From: Hydrolagus colliei | Lineage: Eukaryota | DNA: 64,000 nucleotides | NCBI GenBank assembly: GCA_035084275.1 | Contig: CM068762.1 | Location: 4,960,001 to 5,024,000, forward strand | Direction of reading: 5' to 3' | Part shown: positions 59,506 to 64,000 of the stretch, piece by piece | Numbering within the stretch: the stretch's first letter is position 1 | Layout: each line of letters begins with the position of its first letter | Notes under the pieces: generated by a model | Told to the model about the DNA's origin: nothing | The model's database searches: none | The model's input: the letters and a program-made list of their open reading frames with translations, nothing else | Made by a program: the position numbers and the translations under genes

Positions 59506-60944
59506 CAGACACTGCAATTCACAGTAACGATCCCGTGAATCACTTTAAGATGTTCTGATGACATTCAAAGGCTCGAATGCAAGGATTGCCATTTTATTAT
59601 GAATGTTCCTTACAGCCTCATCTTCATCCTCACCTTCAAATGCTTCCACGCTCTAGTGAGATATTTCGAAGACGTGAAAAGGCGCTATATCAAAGATAAA
59701 GATGATTATTATTATCTCCTGCAGCGTTACGCTTCGTCTGCTCCCAGTTTCAAGTTCCCCTCCTATCTGTGTGCGAGCTTTCATCCACTTTGGCCCCACC
59801 CTCTGGAATTTGCTCCCTAAATTCCTCCGTCACTCCTATACTTCTGAAACCTCACTCTTTGACTAATCCTTCAGTCACCGCTCCCAGGAGGAATCCTCCC
59901 GGGAGGAATCTTGATCTGACTGATCTAAAGTTAATCCAGTCGAGTTTCACTGACTGGAGACCAGGGACTGGAAATCACACTCACATAACCCAAGAGGCCC
60001 AAAGGAGTTTCCATCCGTGCATTGAATGTGCAGAGCTCATACCTCGGAGACAGTCAGGCATGTTAGGCACACCTTAAACTTGTAATTCTGGACGTGATTC
60101 AGTTTCGTATAAATTGGGCTGAACTTTGTTTACAACTGATAGAGCTGTTCACCTGACTCACAGATGAATTAATCCTGAACTCAAATAAAGTCAATTCACA
60201 GTGAGGTGCAGGTACCTGTCCGAAACATGTGGTTTGTTTTGCAAGTTGCTGAAACTTTCAGATTATCAACCTGTTCATCTGACTCATAATTGCGATCTTC
60301 AGGAATTTACATGAACTAACTAAATAAATACACCTGGCGATTAATATACAACAACAACTTACATTTATATAACACTCTTAAGGCTTTGGGCAGGGTCTCA
60401 GAGCACTTAACTGTGGCGGAGCTTAACATCGAGCCGGTGGGGGTGGGGTGGGGGGTGTGGCGGGGAGGTGACCGTAAGTACAGCCAAAGAGGAAGGTCTT
60501 CAGTTCTGATCTGAAAGTGGGGAAGGGAGGGGGCAAGGCAGCGAGATTGAGGGAGAGAGTTCCAAAGCTTTGGGGAGCAGTGGCTGAGGGTACGGACCTC
60601 ACATAGTCTGAGTTTAGTCTGAGTCTGAGCGATAGGCTATAGAGGTTAAGGAGCTCAGAACAGCAGGTGAGAAAATGTTGACAGAAGCTGAGGAGAATAT
60701 AACACCATATCATGTCTACAAGATAATAATAATATGATGATTTATTATTTTTTAATAATAAAATGCCTAAAGATGACTGATTTATAGGCAGCTCATTTGA
60801 TGAGCCAACAATGTCTCATAAACAGCATGAAGAGGGTCATGAACAACAACCTATATATAATTTCCCAGAGGAGCGGGCGCAGGGAGAGTATCTCTGAGCT
60901 CTGCCACTGTATTACACCATAGGCTGTCGAGACCCTTATACACA

Positions 60945-61870
60945 ACAACAACAACAAACAACAACACATTACATTTATAGAGCGCCTTTCACGTCGGGAG
61001 GACGTCCCAAGGAGCTGCACAGGAGGCGTGTGACCCGAGCTGAGAGGGGAGTGTTTGGGAAGGGGTGGAACACGAAGGGGAGGTAAAAGAGTTCGGGGTG
61101 GAACAAAAGGCACGATCGAAGAGGAAAGTCTTCAAACCGGCCTTGAAAGAGGAAAGGGAAGAAACGAAACGGAGGGATTGAGGGATGGCATTCCATAGGG
61201 TGGGAGCGGAGAAACTGAAAGCCCGGCCTCCGATGGTGGGGCGGTTCGCGCGGGGGGCTCGGAGCAGGCCAAGTCCTGTTGAACGGAGGGTCCGGGTGGG
61301 CGTGTAGGGGGAGAGTAGATCGGTTAAATAGGGCGGGGCAAGGCCGTGTAAGGCCTTGTAGGGCCTTGTAGGTGAGGACGAGGATCTTGAACTCGATCCT
61401 CTGGAGGATGGGGAGCCAGTGGAGACGGGCGAGGGTGGGGGTTATGTGGTTGCGGAGGCGGGTGCGGGATAGTACACGGGCTGCAGAGTTCTGAATGACC
61501 TGCAGCCTGTGAATGGAGGAACTGGGGAGGCCGACGAGGAGAGAGTTTCCGTAGTCTAGCCGTGAGGTGATGTATGCATGCACGAGTGTTTCGGCAGCGC
61601 GGGAGGTAAGATAGTTGCGGAGCCTGGCAATGTTGTGCAGGTGGAAATAAGCGGTGCCGTTCAAGGCGCGGATGTGGGGGAAGAAGGAAAGTTTTTGATC
61701 GAACATGATGCCGAAGTTCCTGATTGGCTTTGTGAGGTGGAGAGTGCAGCCTTGGATATTGAGGCTGGCAGCGCCCGATGTGCGGAGGCGCTGGCTTGAG
61801 CCAATCAGGAGGGCCTCGGTCTTACTCACGTTCAATTGCAAAAAGTTGTCCCTCGTCCAGGACTCGATGA
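60945..61870 (-). mobile_element. Young L2 3' fragment, same subfamily as 58925-59505
   Basis: NFLQLNVSKTEALLIG..HLHNIARLR..SRLDYGNSLL; frameshift from a 10-bp duplication (ggccttgtag) at about 61342-61361. Confidence 0.92.
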
Positions 61871-61884
61871 CGAATGCGTGTCGG

Positions 61885-62470
61885 ATAATACACGCATTCA
61901 TAACATCCAGGCTTGACTCCCTGCTTCCCAGACTCCCCAACTCCTCACCTCATAGGCTGCACATCATCCAGAACTCTGCAGCTTGTGTCTTCTCACGCAC
62001 TTCCCACTCACTTCTTACTGGCTTCCCATCACACAGAGGATACAGTTCAAGATCCAGAGCCCTCCATACCCTTGCTCCCTCCTACCTCTGCGATCTTCTC
62101 ACCCCTACCAACCTACCTGCTCCCTTTGTTCAGTGGGCTCTGGCCTGCTTCATGTTCCCCGCCTCATCTGCCCTACCATTGGCGGGCGGATCTTCTACTA
62201 CTCTCCCCATCCTCCGGAATGCCATCCTCTGCCTCCGCCTCGCCCCCCTCCCTTGCCTCCTTCAAGACATGTCTCAAGACACTCTTCAACTGTGCCTTCG
62301 GTCACTGTCCTTCCCACCTCCTTCTCCACTCCATCCCCCTCCACTTCCCTCTCTGTCCTCCACCATCCCCAATCCCGACTCCCAACTTGGGTCCAAAACA
62401 CCGATTATCCAGTGCTTTGGGACATACTCTCAACATGAAAGGCGCTCTACAAATGTAATATTGTTGCTGT
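61885..62470 (+). mobile_element. Older L2 3' fragment
   Basis: HAFITSRLDS..IQNSAAC..WLPITQRIQFKI, frameshifted. Confidence 0.8.
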
Positions 62471-62567
62471 TGTTAATGTGGAGTTGTCTAGCGCAGTGGT
62501 TAGCATGCTTGCCTCACAAGTGAGGTGACCCAGGTTCGATTTTCAGGCTGGGCAAAACCATAGGCAA

Positions 62568-62697
62568 AACACAAAATATTACAAATGCTGGGAATCTGAA
62601 ACACAAACAAAAGTTGCTGAGGAAACTCAGCAGGTCAGGCAGCATCTATGGAGAAAGGAAAAAGAGTCAACGTTTCGGGTCTACAACCCTTCGTCAG
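62568..62697 (-). mobile_element. Penelope-like short insertion with 12-bp TSD inside a SINE
   Basis: TSD AACCATAGGCAA at 62556-62567 and 62698-62709; the host SINE spans about 62472-62880. Confidence 0.7.
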
Positions 62698-62700
62698 AAC
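62664..62700 (-). ncRNA. Minimal type I hammerhead ribozyme motif
   Basis: - strand: gtt CUGACGA A GGGU(UGUAG)ACCC GAAA CGU U gacuc, i.e. catalytic core, stem II and palindromic ACGU stem III. Confidence 0.5.
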
Positions 62701-62869
62701 CATAGGCAAGTTTCCTTACTTCAACATGTCGTTGATTACCTAGCCGTTGTTAGTCAATTGGCGGATCGCTTTCCTTGGGTAATAATTCCTCTGAAAAATA
62801 TACAAACAAAAAAAAACATTTGGTCACTCAGTCCACAACTGTTTGTGGGACATTGCAGTGCACAATTGG

Positions 62870-63245
62870 CTGCAACACCAAATTACACTTGTATCTCGCC
62901 CTTCACGTCTGAAAGGTGTCCCAGAACACTGGAAAATCAGGGTTTTGGACCTAAGCTGGGAGTTGGGGTCAGAAGGAGAGAAGGCCAGGGGTGAAGGGAG
63001 GATGGTGGCTGAAGGCATAGTCAAAGAGGAAGGTGTACAAACGGGACTTGAAGGAGGCAAGAGATGGGTTGAGTCGTAGGGATTGCGGGAAAGAGCTCCA
63101 GTGTGTGGGGGCAGAGATGCCAGACAGAGTTGGGGATATAGCAGGCAGCAAGACGGTTAATGGCCTTGAAGGTAAGAATGAGGATTTTGTACTCGATTCT
63201 CTGAGGAATGGGGAGCCATTCCTCCTTCGCTCTCCCTCCATGACT
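62870..63245 (-). mobile_element. L2 3' end
   Basis: SAPTHWSSFPQSLRLNPSLASFKSRLYTFLFD plus tail. Confidence 0.8.
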
Positions 63246-63634
63246 AATGGGCAGTTAAATCCAACTAATGTTGATAAATAATTAACCAGTTACATTTGCA
63301 AAGCAGGCGGAAAAACACAAAACAAATTAACAGCTGAAATTGCTGGCAATAAACGTTTGACCCATTGGCTGCAGAATGAGCGGTGAGTAGGTTAGCTAGC
63401 TAACATTACTGCCATCGTGAATGTGGGAGCAAGAAGCTGGGGTTCCAAGGAGCATACAATGTGGAGTCCTATAGTCTTCAGTGGTTAGAGCACTCACCTT
63501 ACAAGCGAGAGACCTGGGTTCTATTCCATGCACGTCAAAACATTTGGCTCACAGTGTAAGCAGATGCTCCAAAGCGGAGCCGGGGAATGGCTGCCTTGTT
63601 GGAGACACTGTCCTTTGGATGAGACACTAAACAA

Positions 63635-63985
63635 AGGCCTCATTTGCCTGAGATTAATTTAAAAAAATTAGAGGCTCATGGTATTAAGGGAACAGTGGCA
63701 GTTTGGATTAAGAACTGGCTGAGTGACAAAAAGCAGAGGGTGGTGGTTAATGGGTGTTTCTCGAAATGGAAGGAGGTGAGCAGCGGTGTCCCCCAGGGAT
63801 CGGTATTGGGACCACTGCTCTTTCTAATATATATTAATGATCTGGACTTGGGCATAGAGAGCACTATTTCCAAGTTTGCAGATGATACAAAGTTAAGTAG
63901 GGTAGTAAATAGTGAGGAGGACGGTAACCAACTGCAAGCAGACGTACACAGATTGGTGGAATGGGCTGACATGTGGCAATGTTGA
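63635..63985 (+). mobile_element. CR1 reverse-transcriptase fragment
   Basis: HGIKGTVAVWIKNWLSDKKQRVVVNG..GVPQGSVLGPLLFLIYINDL..KFADDTKL. Confidence 0.9.
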
Positions 63986-64000
63986 TAAGTGTGAGATGAT

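Noticed and set aside
58930-62523. ORFs of 178, 321, 272 and 181 aa as host genes
   Set aside because: They are L2 ORF2 C-terminal remnants or their antisense/chimeric frames.
63644-63985. RT-like ORF as an active retroelement
   Set aside because: A short isolated CR1 RT fragment with a stop codon at 63983-63985.

Overview
Eukaryotic (jawed-vertebrate) genomic DNA. The repeat content (tRNA-headed Deu-domain SINEs, young L2 LINEs, CR1 3' ends, Penelope-like palindromes) suggests a cartilaginous fish, possibly a chimaera/elephant shark; this is inference. Three spliced protein-coding genes can be reconstructed by hand. (1) APOBEC2, + strand, join(1245..1417,5812..6352), 237 aa, with an unusual Gly-X-Y repeat in its N-terminus. 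(2) OARD1/TARG1 macrodomain gene, - strand, four coding exons from 21337 down to 14410; the start exon was not identified. It is convergent with APOBEC2 as in mammals. (3) ELF3/ESE-1 ETS factor, + strand, eight coding exons from 40513 to 48264, 367 aa (PNT, SAR, AT-hook and ETS domains). The rest is dense in SINEs, L2/CR1 fragments, several MITE classes with visible TSDs, minisatellites and three assembly gaps. The most interesting leads are a minimal hammerhead-ribozyme motif in a Penelope-like insert, the collagen-like APOBEC2 tail, an array of in-frame duplicated splice donors in ELF3, an orphan NF-kB-site promoter/first exon upstream of OARD1, and an 80-nt pre-miRNA-like hairpin. No CRISPR, rRNA or true tRNA gene is supported. 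Repeat boundaries are approximate unless a TSD is cited, and no database searches were run.
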